From assembly GCA_965199755.1 (NCBI GenBank), contig CBDASZ010000001.1, forward strand, positions 288,001-352,000: a DNA stretch of 64,000 nucleotides, read 5' to 3'. This document shows positions 30,566 through 41,465 of this stretch, piece after piece; the first letter of the stretch is position 1, and each line of letters opens with the position of its first letter. This DNA is from an uncultured candidatus Porisulfidus sp. (lineage in GTDB: Bacteria; Pseudomonadota; Gammaproteobacteria; Poriferisulfidales; Poriferisulfidaceae). A program made the position numbers and the translations under genes. The notes under the pieces are model-generated. The model had not been told where the DNA came from. It did not search any database and was given only the letters and a program-made list of their open reading frames with translations.

Positions 30566-32574
30566 ATCAGTGGCGGCACTGGCAACTGGACTGGGACGAG
30601 ACGCGCATCGTCTACTTAATACTGAAGGTGGAGGACCGTTCGGCCAATGTGCTGCATCAGGGCGTCCTTGGAGAATTGAATGAAGTGATGGAGTGGTTGG
30701 CGGAGGTCGAGCCGCACGCGGTGGTGGTCAGCACGCAACCGAGGGATTCGTTTGCGCTGGGCGCGGACGTGGCTGAATTTGAGCAGTTGCAAGGAAAGGA
30801 GCAGGTGCTGGGAATGGTGCGCGCCGGCCAAGCGGTGTTTGAGCGCTGGAGCGCGCAGAAATTCCCAACAGTGGCGGCTATACGCGGCTATTGTCTCGGC
30901 GGCGGGCTGGAGTTCGCGCTGGCCTGTGATTACCGACTGGTGGAGGACAGCCCGGACGTGCGTCTGGGCTTGCCGGAAGTGCTGCTGGGCATTCATCCGG
31001 GCTATGGCGGTACCGTGCGGCTGCCACCGTTGATTGGCGATTTCGCGGCGCTCAAGATGATGCTGTCGGGCAAGACGGTATCCGCCTCTGCCGCGGCCGC
31101 TTTAGGTTTGGTGGATGCGGTGGTGCCGGGGCGGCAGTTGTTGCCGCGCGCCTTGCAGTTGCTGCAGGAGCCAAAGCGACGCGCGGCACGCGCGCGCTGG
31201 TACCAGCGCTGTCCTCATCTGTCCATGTTGCGGCGATTGCTGAGCATTCCGTACGCACGAGCGACGCGCAGTCGGGCGCGCCCGGAACACTACCCGGCCC
31301 CGTATCAGTTGCTGCGGCTTTGGCAGCGCCTTGCGCGCAACCCGACCCGCGCGCTAGAGGCCGAGGCGAACTCCATAGCCGAACTGGTGGACTCATCAGC
31401 GAGTCGGCAGTTGGTGCGGGTGTTTCTGCTGCGAGAGCGACTCAAGCGTCAGTACGCGGACGGGGAACGGGTCCAGCAGTTGCATGTGGTGGGCGGGGGT
31501 GTGATGGGTGGTGACATCGCGGCGTGGTGCGCACTGCGCGGTCTTCGGGTTACGCTGCAAGATACTGACCCTGAGCGATTGGCCGCGGCGATGGTGCGGG
31601 CGCACAAGTTATTCGCACGATACAAGCATCTTCAACGCGACGCCTGGGATCGGCTGCAGCCGGATGTGGAGGGTTGCGGCGCGGCGAGCGCTCAGTTGGT
31701 GATTGAGGCGATCCCTGAAGATCTGGAACTCAAGCAGGAGTTGTACCGCTGGCTGGAGGAGCGCATGTCCCCGAATGCGATTCTGGCCACCAACACGTCG
31801 AGTCTGCCGCTCGAGGCGCTGGCCGCTGGGTTGCAGAGGCCAGAGCGACTGATCGGCGTGCACTTTTTCAATCCGGTGGCGCGCATGCCGCTGGTTGAAC
31901 TGATTCATCACTGCGAAGGACAAGAGGAGCTGCTGGCGCGCGCCGGACGTTTTGTGCGGCAGATCAATCGCATCAGCGTGGTGGTGCGTTCATCGCCGGG
32001 ATTTCTGGTCAACCGAATCCTGATGCCGTATTTGCTGGAGGCGGCGCAACTGGTTGAGGAAGGGCATCGGCCGGCATCGGTGGATCGCGTGGCGAGAGAC
32101 TTCGGGATGCCGATGGGGCCGCTGGAAGTGGCGGATCTGGTCGGTCTGGATGTCTGCTTGTCGGCGGGTGGTGTGATCGCCGCGCACTGTGACCTGCAGG
32201 TGCCTGCCATCCTGCAACGCCATGTCGATGAAGGTCGGCTGGGGCGCAAGGGCGGTGCTGGATTCTATCGCTGGAAGGGGTCGCGCCGCGTCGTCTCGCG
32301 ACCGCGCAAGATACCGGAAGATTGTGAAGACCGACTGATTCTGGGCATGGTGCGCGCGGCGGTGCAATGTGTGCATGAGGGTGTGGTCGCGGATGCTGAT
32401 ACAGCGGATGCGGGGGTGATTCTGGGTACCGGTTTCGCGCCCTGGACTGGCGGCCCGTTGCAGATGATACGCACACAAGGTATGGCGCAGATATGTGAGC
32501 GGCTGAATCAGTTGGAGCAGCGCCACGGCGCGCGCTTTGCGCCGGGGCCAGATTGGGATGCGTTGCATCTCTAA
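30562..32574 (+). CDS. Enoyl-CoA hydratase / 3-hydroxyacyl-CoA dehydrogenase (FadJ-like)
   Basis: GGGLEFALAC, LPEV, GGGVMG and HFFNP motifs. Confidence 0.9.
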   Translation: MNQWRHWQLDWDETRIVYLILKVEDRSANVLHQGVLGELNEVMEWLAEVEPHAVVVSTQPRDSFALGADVAEFEQLQGKEQVLGMVRAGQAVFERWSAQKFPTVAAIRGYCLGGGLEFALACDYRLVEDSPDVRLGLPEVLLGIHPGYGGTVRLPPLIGDFAALKMMLSGKTVSASAAAALGLVDAVVPGRQLLPRALQLLQEPKRRAARARWYQRCPHLSMLRRLLSIPYARATRSRARPEHYPAPYQLLRLWQRLARNPTRALEAEANSIAELVDSSASRQLVRVFLLRERLKRQYADGERVQQLHVVGGGVMGGDIAAWCALRGLRVTLQDTDPERLAAAMVRAHKLFARYKHLQRDAWDRLQPDVEGCGAASAQLVIEAIPEDLELKQELYRWLEERMSPNAILATNTSSLPLEALAAGLQRPERLIGVHFFNPVARMPLVELIHHCEGQEELLARAGRFVRQINRISVVVRSSPGFLVNRILMPYLLEAAQLVEEGHRPASVDRVARDFGMPMGPLEVADLVGLDVCLSAGGVIAAHCDLQVPAILQRHVDEGRLGRKGGAGFYRWKGSRRVVSRPRKIPEDCEDRLILGMVRAAVQCVHEGVVADADTADAGVILGTGFAPWTGGPLQMIRTQGMAQICERLNQLEQRHGARFAPGPDWDALHL

Positions 32575-32583
32575 GGGATCGGA

Positions 32584-34275
32584 GTGAACGTCACGCAGTC
32601 ATTGCCCAACGGCGGCGGCACGTTGGCGCAACTGTTTGAGGCGCGTGCGACGGTGACGCCTGAGGCGATCGCGTATATCGAATACAGTCGCTCTTTAGGC
32701 AAGTGGTTCGAGCGCAGCTGGCGCTCGGTGCAGCAAGAGGCCGGACAGGTTCAAGCCTTCCTGGAGCAGCAGGGGCTGGTCGTCGGCGATCGCATCGGCA
32801 TCATGGCGCGCGGCAGCGTCTACTGGGTGTGTCTGGACATCGCCGCAGCCGGGCTGGGTGTGGTCACGGTGCCGCTGTACCATCGGGATCGCGGCGGCAA
32901 TGTGGCGCAAGTCATGGCGCAGTGCGAATTGAAGGCACTGTTTATCGGCGGGGTCGCGGAATGGGAGCACCTGCGTGAGTCGGAGGATTTTCTGGCGGCA
33001 GCGCCGCCGCTGTTTGCGGCGTCCGAGGTGCCGGATTCTCCAGTGCGCACGTTCTTCAGCGAACTGGCCGAGGTTGAACATCGGCCGTATCAAGTCGCGG
33101 TGGCCGACTCTGAAGCGGTCGCAACAGTGGTGTTTACGTCCGGCACTACGGGTCGCCCGCGCGGCGTGGTGCTGACGCACGCGAACATCATCAGCAATGT
33201 GATTGCGGCGACTGACGCGGTGCCGATTTTTGGTGCTGATCGGTTGCTGTCTTTCCTGCCCCTGTCGCATATGTTCGAGCGCACGGTCGGTTATTACGCG
33301 CCGATGCTGCATGGCGCGACTGTGACATTCGCTCGCTCGGTGCAGAACTTGCGTGAGGATATTCGCATGCATCCGCCGACGATTCTGGTGTCAGTGCCGC
33401 GTGTTTATGAGCGCATTTATCGCAAGTTGTCGAGCACACCGCCGCTGGACGGGTCACTGGGGGCCGTGCTGTTGTGGCTGGTGCAGCGTCTGGGGCGGAG
33501 TGGCCCGTGGTCACTCTGGCGCTGGATTGCGGGTCCATTCGCGTGGCTGGTCGCGCGGCGTTTGCGCCGCGGTCTGGGTGGGCGCTTGCGTTTGGCGATT
33601 ACTGGCGGTGCTGCGATGAATCCGAAAGTTGCGCATTTCTTCGCAGGGTTAGGCTTGAAGGTATTGCAAGGCTATGGTTTGACCGAGACGTCCCCGGTGG
33701 TGAGCGTCAATCGGGAGGATGACGTACGCGCCGAAACTGTGGGGGTGGCGTTGTCGGGTGTGGAGATCCGAGTGTCGCCGGAGGGTGAGTTATGCGTACG
33801 CGGCCCAGGAGTCATGCAAGGCTATCTGGAGGACCCGCAGGCGACTGCCGAAGTCATTGATGGTGAGGGCTGGTTTCATACGGGAGATCTGGTGTGTCTG
33901 GAAGAGGGACACATTCGCATCATTGGACGCGCCAAGGAGATTCTGGTGCTTTCGACCGGTGAGAAAGTGCCGCCGGAAGATCTGGAGCGCGCGTTGATGG
34001 AGGATTCTGATATTTGCCAAGCCTGGGTGGTCGGAGATGGTCAGCCGTTTCTGTCAGCTGTGGTGGTGGCGCATCAGCCGATAGAGGAAGCGACACTGTT
34101 GGAGCGCACGCCGGGGTTGCTGGCGGACTTTCCGGGCTATGCCCGCATCCGACGCATTCATGTGGATACGGAACCGTGGAGCGAGGCCAACGGAATTTTG
34201 ACGCCGACGCTGAAATTGCGCCGCGGCATGTTGCAGCAGCGTTACGCGCGTGAACTTGATACGTTTTATTCCTGA
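32584..34275 (+). CDS. Long-chain fatty acid-CoA ligase
   Basis: FTSGTTGRPRG, QGYGLTE, WFHTGD and LTPTLK motifs. Confidence 0.88.
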   Translation: MNVTQSLPNGGGTLAQLFEARATVTPEAIAYIEYSRSLGKWFERSWRSVQQEAGQVQAFLEQQGLVVGDRIGIMARGSVYWVCLDIAAAGLGVVTVPLYHRDRGGNVAQVMAQCELKALFIGGVAEWEHLRESEDFLAAAPPLFAASEVPDSPVRTFFSELAEVEHRPYQVAVADSEAVATVVFTSGTTGRPRGVVLTHANIISNVIAATDAVPIFGADRLLSFLPLSHMFERTVGYYAPMLHGATVTFARSVQNLREDIRMHPPTILVSVPRVYERIYRKLSSTPPLDGSLGAVLLWLVQRLGRSGPWSLWRWIAGPFAWLVARRLRRGLGGRLRLAITGGAAMNPKVAHFFAGLGLKVLQGYGLTETSPVVSVNREDDVRAETVGVALSGVEIRVSPEGELCVRGPGVMQGYLEDPQATAEVIDGEGWFHTGDLVCLEEGHIRIIGRAKEILVLSTGEKVPPEDLERALMEDSDICQAWVVGDGQPFLSAVVVAHQPIEEATLLERTPGLLADFPGYARIRRIHVDTEPWSEANGILTPTLKLRRGMLQQRYARELDTFYS

Positions 34276-34365
34276 TGAATCACACACCCGTCGAACGCCC
34301 ATCCATACGGGAGAGGCGTTCGGGGATTTGGGCTGGCCGCGGGATTGCGCGGACGCGATCAAAAA

Positions 34366-34911
34366 TCAGGCGTCAGGCAGAATTTTGTGCAGCACGTTGA
34401 GCCGCGCCAATGCTTCGCGGACCGCCGGCAGCGCGTCTTCGTTTTCCTGATACTTCTGGGCCGCTTCTCCGGCGCTGCGAACAGCACGGAGCGCGGACGA
34501 AGAAATCGGCAACTTTTCCAGTTCGGCAAGAATGCGCCGTATCTGCGTCAGTTCGATCATAGCGTCTACGCTTGGGCCATCCCGAATGATCTGCCGGAGC
34601 CGTTCCTGAAGCTGCTCCAGATAGGTCTGCTCCGCACTCTCGGTTTTGGCGGCTGCCTTCGGGGGACTCTTGACCATGGTCTGGACAGACTTGACGTGCT
34701 GCTGGGGCACCAACAGCAGTTCCAGTTCCAGTGCATGCGCGAGTTCGCTCAGGCTGGAGAGGCGCAAATCGACGGCGCTGTTTTCAATTTTTGAGATATG
34801 GCCCTGCGGCACGTTGGCGAGTGAACTGAGTTCACGCTGGCTCAGATTACGGCTCTTTCGCGCATCCTTCAAAGCCTGTGCGATAGCTTTAACTGCTTTT
34901 GCTTTTGACAT
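34366..34911 (-). CDS. XRE-family HTH protein (HipB-like, extended C-terminus)
   Basis: LKDARKSRNLSQRELS...QGHISKIEN...LELELLLVP. Confidence 0.8.
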   Translation of the reverse strand: MSKAKAVKAIAQALKDARKSRNLSQRELSSLANVPQGHISKIENSAVDLRLSSLSELAHALELELLLVPQQHVKSVQTMVKSPPKAAAKTESAEQTYLEQLQERLRQIIRDGPSVDAMIELTQIRRILAELEKLPISSSALRAVRSAGEAAQKYQENEDALPAVREALARLNVLHKILPDA

Positions 34912-35340
34912 GATTTTTAAAATACACAGCTTGGCTGCGAGTGTTTTTGTGAATACATCTTACTGCATTATTTCGCTTAATTCAACGGCGCGGGACAAAA
35001 TTCCCAATAGTAGATATGATTCTGAAGAAGGAAATCTGCCTTGAACAGGCCGATCTTCCGTTTATTCACAAAAGCATAAGATTTATGCCTGTACATAAAC
35101 CGTAGAACTCATTTTCATAGCCGCTATAATAATGCCTTACCAAGGTGTGACTTTCAAACGTTTTCGAGGTCACATAGACCGGGTGACTGGGCATAACATC
35201 GCTCCTTGGGAATGCCTGCATCCGGGGTCTTCACCGACAAGAGCGCAGCTCTTTGAGGTGGAGAAATGTGAAAGGAAGGGCGGTTTCGACTGCCCTTCAC
35301 TTGTAGGCGCATCGCCGCGCAACGCGGCATTCAATCGGCT

Positions 35341-35670
35341 TCAGGCGTCGCCGCAATCAAACCGGGTTTGCGTCATATCGCCGCTGGTGTCAACGTCCAC
35401 GCTTTGCACTTGCGGCATACGCGCGAGGATGTACGCGGCCATCATGGTGGCCATTTCCTGATTGTGATTTTCCATGGCGGTCAGCATGCGATCCGCGGCG
35501 ATCTGGCAGCGCTGCGCCTGATCGGGGCAGTCCACCCAGGTGCGTGACATCTGCCAGCCGCTGTCCATGTCCGCATCCATTTTCGCGAAGAACGCGCTGG
35601 CAGTCTGGACCATTTCATTCGGCACCTGCACCGGATGCGGCTCGCCGTTGAGGACGACTTGCAGGATCAT
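35341..35670 (-). CDS. Conserved hypothetical protein
   Basis: ATGA-coupled to folC; FFAKMDADMDSGWQMSR...RCQIAADR. Confidence 0.7.
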   Translation of the reverse strand: MILQVVLNGEPHPVQVPNEMVQTASAFFAKMDADMDSGWQMSRTWVDCPDQAQRCQIAADRMLTAMENHNQEMATMMAAYILARMPQVQSVDVDTSGDMTQTRFDCGDA

Positions 35671-36947
35671 ATCGATTGCGCGTCGTATTCGGGCAGGCGC
35701 TGCGACAGAAACTCTCCGACCGCGAAGAATGATCCGAACACCACCACGGTGCCTTCTTCTCCGGCTTGCGCACACGCGGCCTCATAGGCATCGTGTATGG
35801 ATGGGTGCGTGCGGGTGTTGCGCAACCGGTGCGTCTGCGCCAGCATGCGCAGGGTCTCAAGTGGCATGGCGCGGGATGACTGCACCTCGCAAATGCTCCA
35901 GCTGTCGAACAGCGGGCTGAGCGCGGTGAATATGCTGGCGACGTCTTTTTCGCGCAACGCGGAGAACACCGCATGTAAGGGGCGGTTGGGGCGAAATCGA
36001 TTCAGGTTGCGACCGAGGTTGATGGCGCTTTCCGGGTTGTGCGCGATGTCCAGGATGGTGTCGACGGGGCCGTCCAGCATCTGGAATCGGCCGATCAGAC
36101 TGATGTCTTGAAGTTCGCGGCGTGCGATGTCCACATCAAAACGGTCGATCAGGCGCAGTGTGCTCAGCACCGAGCCGGCATTGTTGAGTTGCACCCGACC
36201 GGGCAGTTGTGAGGGAATAGGCAGTTTCAGGTTGAGGCCGTCGTTGTGCAGGTAGTGCCAGTGCGTGTCTGAGGTTACTGCTGCGAAAAAATCATGACCG
36301 ATGCGTTGCATCGGCGCGCCGAGACGCTGCGCCTGGTCCAGCAGGCTGACCGGCGGCTGTTCCTCGCCGCAGACGACGGGTTTGCCGGGGCGCATGATGC
36401 CGGCCTTCTCGCGGCCAATGGCTTCGCGGGTGCGTCCCAGCCATTCGGTGTGATCGATGCTGATGCTGGTGATGATGGCAATGTCTGCGTCCCACAAATT
36501 GACGGCATCCATACGGCCGCCGAGGCCAACTTCCAGCACCGCGCAATCGACATCCATTTCAAAGAACACCCACAGCGCCGCCAGTGTGCCATACTCAAAA
36601 AACGACAGACTGATGTCACCACGGGCGAATTCGACCTCCTCGAAGGCGGCGCACAGCAAGGCATCCGCGACTTCGGCACCGTCCACGCGAATGCGCTCGT
36701 TGTAGCGCAGAAAGTGAGGAGAGGTATAGACGCCCACCCGTTCGTGCGGGCGCAGCATGGATTCCAGCAAAATGGCGCTGGAGCCTTTGCCGTTGGTTCC
36801 GGCGATGGTGAGAATGCGGAACTTCGGCTGGGTGAGACGCATGCGGCGGGCGACCGCGCGAATGCGCTCCAGTCCCAGATCAATGCTGCTGATGTGCAGT
36901 TGCTGCTGCCAGTCGACCCACTCCGCGACTGAGGAGAATGTGGGCAT
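35667..36947 (-). CDS. folC: Folylpolyglutamate synthase / dihydrofolate synthase
   Basis: GTNGKGS, YTSPH, LEVGLGGR and DIAHNP motifs. Confidence 0.95.
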   Translation of the reverse strand: MPTFSSVAEWVDWQQQLHISSIDLGLERIRAVARRMRLTQPKFRILTIAGTNGKGSSAILLESMLRPHERVGVYTSPHFLRYNERIRVDGAEVADALLCAAFEEVEFARGDISLSFFEYGTLAALWVFFEMDVDCAVLEVGLGGRMDAVNLWDADIAIITSISIDHTEWLGRTREAIGREKAGIMRPGKPVVCGEEQPPVSLLDQAQRLGAPMQRIGHDFFAAVTSDTHWHYLHNDGLNLKLPIPSQLPGRVQLNNAGSVLSTLRLIDRFDVDIARRELQDISLIGRFQMLDGPVDTILDIAHNPESAINLGRNLNRFRPNRPLHAVFSALREKDVASIFTALSPLFDSWSICEVQSSRAMPLETLRMLAQTHRLRNTRTHPSIHDAYEAACAQAGEEGTVVVFGSFFAVGEFLSQRLPEYDAQSI

Positions 36948-36951
36948 GGGA

Positions 36952-37833
36952 TCAGTCGCTGCGGGTTGTTTCGCGCGCGGGCAGGCGCATCATCAAGCGA
37001 ATCAGGTCGGCGATAGTGTCGCGCATCTCGCCGCGCGGCACCAGCATGTCAATGGCTCCGTGTTCGAGCAGAAACTCACTGCGCTGGAAGCCTTCGGGCA
37101 GGGTTTCGCGCACGGTCTGTTCGATGACGCGGGGTCCGGCGAAGCCGATCAGGGCTCCAGGCTCGGCGATCTGGATGTCACCGAGCATGCCGATCGAGGC
37201 GGAGACGCCGCCCATGGTCGGATCGGTCAGCACCGAGATATAGGGCAGGCGCTGTTCGCGCAACCGCGCAAGAATGGCGGCTGTCTTGGACATCTGAAAC
37301 AGTGAGGTCAGAGATTCCTGCATGCGTGCGCCGCCGCTTGCGGAGAAGCACACCAGCGGCAACTTTTCGCGCAGGCACAGTTGCGCGGCACGTACAAACT
37401 TCTCGCCGACCACCGAACCCATGGAGCCACCCATAAAGCCGAACTCAAAAGCCACGCACACCATAGGCGTGTTGTGCACCTTGCCGCGCATGATCAGCAG
37501 CGCTTCCTTCTCGCCGCTGGCTTTCTGCGCGCGACTGAGTCGCTCCTTGTAGCGCATGCTGTCACGGAATTTCAGAAAGTCTCGAGAGACGAGGTCACCG
37601 GCGATTTCTTCGCGTCCCTCCGGGTCGAGGAACCATTCCAGCCGTTCGCGCGCCGGCAGGCGCATGTGATGACCGCACTTGGCGCAGACATACAGGTTGC
37701 GCTCCAGATCGCTGCGGTATAGCGGGGTGCCACAGTTGTCGCACTTGATCCACAGATCCTGCGGCACCCGGCGACGTGGTTCGCTGGTGTCGATGCGGAT
37801 CTTGGAGGGGATGAGGTGCTGGTACCAGCTCAT
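36952..37833 (-). CDS. accD: Acetyl-CoA carboxylase beta subunit
   Basis: Zn finger CDNC...CAKC, GGSMG and SGGARMQE motifs. Confidence 0.95.
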   Translation of the reverse strand: MSWYQHLIPSKIRIDTSEPRRRVPQDLWIKCDNCGTPLYRSDLERNLYVCAKCGHHMRLPARERLEWFLDPEGREEIAGDLVSRDFLKFRDSMRYKERLSRAQKASGEKEALLIMRGKVHNTPMVCVAFEFGFMGGSMGSVVGEKFVRAAQLCLREKLPLVCFSASGGARMQESLTSLFQMSKTAAILARLREQRLPYISVLTDPTMGGVSASIGMLGDIQIAEPGALIGFAGPRVIEQTVRETLPEGFQRSEFLLEHGAIDMLVPRGEMRDTIADLIRLMMRLPARETTRSD

Positions 37834-38633
37834 GATGCGTCTGCGTTGTCCTGGCGGTCAATGTTGTTGCGTAATTCTTGCACGAATGCACCGATCCCGT
37901 CGGGGTCGCGGTGGATCTGTTCGACCAGCGCACTGCCTACGATGACCGCGTCCGCGCAGTGCGCGGCTTGCGCGGCAGAGTCTGCGTCGCGGATTCCGAA
38001 GCCAATGCCAATCGGCAGTGAACTGATGGTGCGAATGTGCGCGATGCGATGTTCGATTTCCTGAAAGTTGAGGGTCGTCGCACCGGTGGTGCCGCGCAAG
38101 GAGACGTAGTACAGAAACCCTTGCGCTTGTGAGGCGATGAGTTGCAGTCGGGTGTCGGTGGTGGTCGGGGCCAGCAGGAAGATCGGGTCGACGTCGCGGT
38201 CTTGCAAGGGTTCAATGATGGGGGTGGCTTCTTCCGGCGGCAGATCGACGACCAGTACACCGTCGACGCCGACGCGGGCGGCGTGGTCAGCGAAGCTGTC
38301 CGCACCCATCGCCACGATCGGGTTGCAGTAACCCATCAGGATGATCGGCGTGTCGGCATCACGGTTGCGGAACTCCGCGACGGTGTTGAGCACATCGATC
38401 AGGCTCACGTCATGTTTGAGGGCGCGTTCACAGGCGGCCTGAATGACCGGGCCGTCAGCCATCGGATCGGAGAACGGCACTCCCACTTCCAGCGCGTCAG
38501 CGCCGTGGGCGACCAGCGTGTGCAGTAATGGCGCGGTAGTGTCTGGCGCGGGGTCTCCGGCGGTCAGGTATGGGATCAGCGCGGTGCGTCCCTGTTCGCG
38601 CAACTGCGCGAAGCGTGTGGCGATTCGACTCAC
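37830..38633 (-). CDS. trpA: Tryptophan synthase alpha subunit
   Basis: [10 protein letters not shown] and GFGI motifs. Confidence 0.95.
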   Translation of the reverse strand: MSRIATRFAQLREQGRTALIPYLTAGDPAPDTTAPLLHTLVAHGADALEVGVPFSDPMADGPVIQAACERALKHDVSLIDVLNTVAEFRNRDADTPIILMGYCNPIVAMGADSFADHAARVGVDGVLVVDLPPEEATPIIEPLQDRDVDPIFLLAPTTTDTRLQLIASQAQGFLYYVSLRGTTGATTLNFQEIEHRIAHIRTISSLPIGIGFGIRDADSAAQAAHCADAVIVGSALVEQIHRDPDGIGAFVQELRNNIDRQDNADAS

Positions 38634-39835
38634 GGTGTCAGTTCGTCGAGGCGGGTTACGGTGTCGAGATCCTTGTCGCCACGACCCGACAGGTTAACCA
38701 GCACGATGGAATCTTTTGGCATGGTGGCGGCCTGCATGGTGGCGGCCGCGACGGCATGGGCGCTTTCCAGCGCCGGGATAATCCCTTCGGTGTGCATCAG
38801 CAAATGAAAGGCGCGCAAGGCTTCTTCGTCGGTGGCGGCGGTGTAGTCGACGCGGCCGCTGTCTTTGAGGAAGGCGTGCTCCGGCCCAACGCCTGGATAA
38901 TCAAGACCGGCAGAAATACTGTGCGTACCCTGAATCTGCCCAGCCGCGTCCTCCATTAAATAAGTGCGGTTGCCGTGCAGCACGCCGACGGTGCCGCGGG
39001 CCAGCGGCGCGGCATGCGCTTCCGTGTCGAGTCCGCATCCGCCGGCTTCAACGCCGAGCATGCGCACCTCGCTGTCTTGCAGGAACGGGTGGAACAGTCC
39101 GATGGCATTGGAGCCACCGCCGACACAGGCGATCAGCAGGTCCGGGAGGCGTCCGGTAGCGTCACGCATTTGTTCACGCGCTTCGCGCCCGATGACGGAC
39201 TGGAAGTCACGCACCATTTCCGGGTAAGGCGCGGGTCCGGCGACACTGCCAATGATGTAGAAGGTGTCCTCGACATGGGTGACCCAGTCGCGCAAGGCTT
39301 CGTTCAGGGCGTCCTTGAGGGTCTTGGAGCCGCTGTTGACCGACACCACGGTCGCGCCAAGCAATTTCATGCGCGCGACATTCGGGGCCTGCCGCTCAAT
39401 GTCTTCGGCACCCATGTAGACCACGCACTGCAGTCCCAGACGCGCACTTACGGTGGCGGTGGCGACGCCGTGCTGGCCGGCACCGGTCTCGGCGATGATG
39501 CGCTGCTTGTCCCAGCGTCGGGCCAGCATCGCCTGTCCGATGGTGTTATTGATCTTGTGCGCGCCGGTGTGGTTCAGGTCCTCGCGCTTGAGCCAGATCT
39601 GGGCACCACCGACCTCGCGGCTGAGCCGCTCGGCGTAGTACACCGGTGACGGCCGTCCCACGTAATGCTTCAGGTCGGCCTCAAAGGCCTGCCAGAAATC
39701 GGTGTCTTGCTGGACTTCACGGTATAAGGCGGTCAGTTCATCCAGTGGACGAATCAGGGTCTCGGCGACGTAGCGCCCGCCGTATTCGCCGAAATGGCCG
39801 TCGGCATCGGGACTGGTGGGTGTGTTAACTGACAC
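38630..39835 (-). CDS. trpB: Tryptophan synthase beta subunit
   Basis: [18 protein letters not shown] and NLSGRGDKD motifs; GTG start inferred. Confidence 0.95.
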   Translation of the reverse strand: MSVNTPTSPDADGHFGEYGGRYVAETLIRPLDELTALYREVQQDTDFWQAFEADLKHYVGRPSPVYYAERLSREVGGAQIWLKREDLNHTGAHKINNTIGQAMLARRWDKQRIIAETGAGQHGVATATVSARLGLQCVVYMGAEDIERQAPNVARMKLLGATVVSVNSGSKTLKDALNEALRDWVTHVEDTFYIIGSVAGPAPYPEMVRDFQSVIGREAREQMRDATGRLPDLLIACVGGGSNAIGLFHPFLQDSEVRMLGVEAGGCGLDTEAHAAPLARGTVGVLHGNRTYLMEDAAGQIQGTHSISAGLDYPGVGPEHAFLKDSGRVDYTAATDEEALRAFHLLMHTEGIIPALESAHAVAAATMQAATMPKDSIVLVNLSGRGDKDLDTVTRLDELTP

Positions 39836-40445
39836 GACGCACCTCCTGAATGAATGCGCGCATGCGTTCAGGATCCTTGCGGCCCGGAGCGGATTCCACA
39901 CCACTGCTGACATCGACCGCCCAAGGCTGACATTGCGCGATCGCGTCGGCCACGCAGTCGGCGTCAAGCCCGCCGGCCAGAATCAGAGGTCTGGGGTCTT
40001 CGCTGGTGACGGCATCCCAGTCAAAGGCTTCGCCGCGACCGCCCGCTTCACCGGGAAGGTGGCTGTCGAGCAGGAAGCCTCGGGCGTTGGGATAGGTTTG
40101 CTGGGCCTGTTGCAGGGCTTCCGGGTTGTGCATAGAGACGGCGCGAATCCACGGCCCTCGGAAGTGCGCGCATAGCGTTGGGGATTCGTTGCCATGGTAC
40201 TGGACCAGATCGGGGCGCAGTTCCGCACTCAGGCGATCCAGAAAGTCCGTCTCCGGGTCCATCACGACCGCGCAGGTGCTAACGAATGGGGGCAGGACAT
40301 CGCGGATGGTGCAGGCCTGTTCAATGTCGAGGTGACGGGGACTGGGCGGATGAAAGACCAGCCCGATACAGTCGGCACCGGCGTCAGCGGCGTCGGCGGC
40401 GTCTTGCGGTGTGGTGATACCGCAGATCTTTACACGAACATTCAT
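39825..40445 (-). CDS. trpF: Phosphoribosylanthranilate isomerase
   Basis: VKICGIT, LAGGL and DVSSGVE motifs. Confidence 0.95.
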   Translation of the reverse strand: MNVRVKICGITTPQDAADAADAGADCIGLVFHPPSPRHLDIEQACTIRDVLPPFVSTCAVVMDPETDFLDRLSAELRPDLVQYHGNESPTLCAHFRGPWIRAVSMHNPEALQQAQQTYPNARGFLLDSHLPGEAGGRGEAFDWDAVTSEDPRPLILAGGLDADCVADAIAQCQPWAVDVSSGVESAPGRKDPERMRAFIQEVRRVS

Positions 40446-41242
40446 GAGTCAAAAGAGCAGGTGCGGTAGTCAGGAATCCACAGCGGCTGCGGAATGTTGT
40501 ATTCCGAAGGATAGTGTACGCGCACCAGATACAAACCATCGGGAGGTGCCGTGACACCGCCGGCGGTGCGGTCGCGCGCGTGCAGTAATTCGCTGATCCA
40601 TTTTATCGGTTGCTGGCCATCACCGACGCACATCAGCGAGCCAACCAGAATGCGAACCATGTTGTGCAGGAAGCTGTCGGCTTCCACATCCAGGTGCACA
40701 AATGGGCCATGCGCCGCGATATTGAGGCGGTGCAGGGTGCGTGTGGGATTCTTGGCCTGACATCCGGCGGCACGAAAACTGCTGAAATCATGCGTGCCGA
40801 GAAGGGCTTGCGCGGCCTCTTGCATGCGCGCGGCGTCAAGTGTCTTTGGGGTGCGGCTGACGCGGTGGGTCAGCAGGCCGGGAGCGCTGCGGCGCTGCAG
40901 CAGGATATACCGGTAGTGGCGTCTGATCGCCGTGTGGCGGGCATGAAAACTGTCTGGCACGGGCTGCACCCAGCCAATACTGATGGTCGGGGGGAGGTGC
41001 GACCCAGCCCCGCGCTGCCAAGCGTGTGGCGTGCGTTCAACTTCGGTGTCGAAATGAATGACTTGACCGGTCGCGTGCACACCGCTGTCGGTACGGCCGG
41101 CCGTGGTGATCTGAATGGGTTGATACGCGACTGCGGAGAATGCGGTTTCTACCGCGTCCTGAATGCTGGGCGCATGAGTTTGGCGCTGCCAGCCACTGAA
41201 GGCGGAGCCGTCGTATTCAACGCCACAGGCAAAGCGCGTCAT
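40442..41242 (-). CDS. truA: tRNA pseudouridine(38-40) synthase
   Basis: AGRTDSGVHA and FLHNMVR motifs. Confidence 0.95.
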   Translation of the reverse strand: MTRFACGVEYDGSAFSGWQRQTHAPSIQDAVETAFSAVAYQPIQITTAGRTDSGVHATGQVIHFDTEVERTPHAWQRGAGSHLPPTISIGWVQPVPDSFHARHTAIRRHYRYILLQRRSAPGLLTHRVSRTPKTLDAARMQEAAQALLGTHDFSSFRAAGCQAKNPTRTLHRLNIAAHGPFVHLDVEADSFLHNMVRILVGSLMCVGDGQQPIKWISELLHARDRTAGGVTAPPDGLYLVRVHYPSEYNIPQPLWIPDYRTCSFDS

Positions 41243-41465
41243 GGTGTGGGTAATGGGGCAAGGTGTGTGGTGCCGGGACTGAGCAGGCTTTTCATGGGGC
41301 AGTCTTGAGATTTAATAGAAACTATACCAGCATGTATCTGGCATTAAGCACGGAGGTGTCGGGATCAAGACTGGGTGTATTTGAATGGGACTTATATACA
41401 TAACTTGACAGAGCCTTGAAATGCTATACAAAGCCTGAACAGGTGATTTTGATTTGTAAGATACA

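Noticed and set aside
41416-41465. TTG/GTG in-frame starts upstream of porin cassette A
   Set aside because: No convincing RBS, an atypical signal n-region, and no equivalent in cassette B; kept only as a weak possibility.
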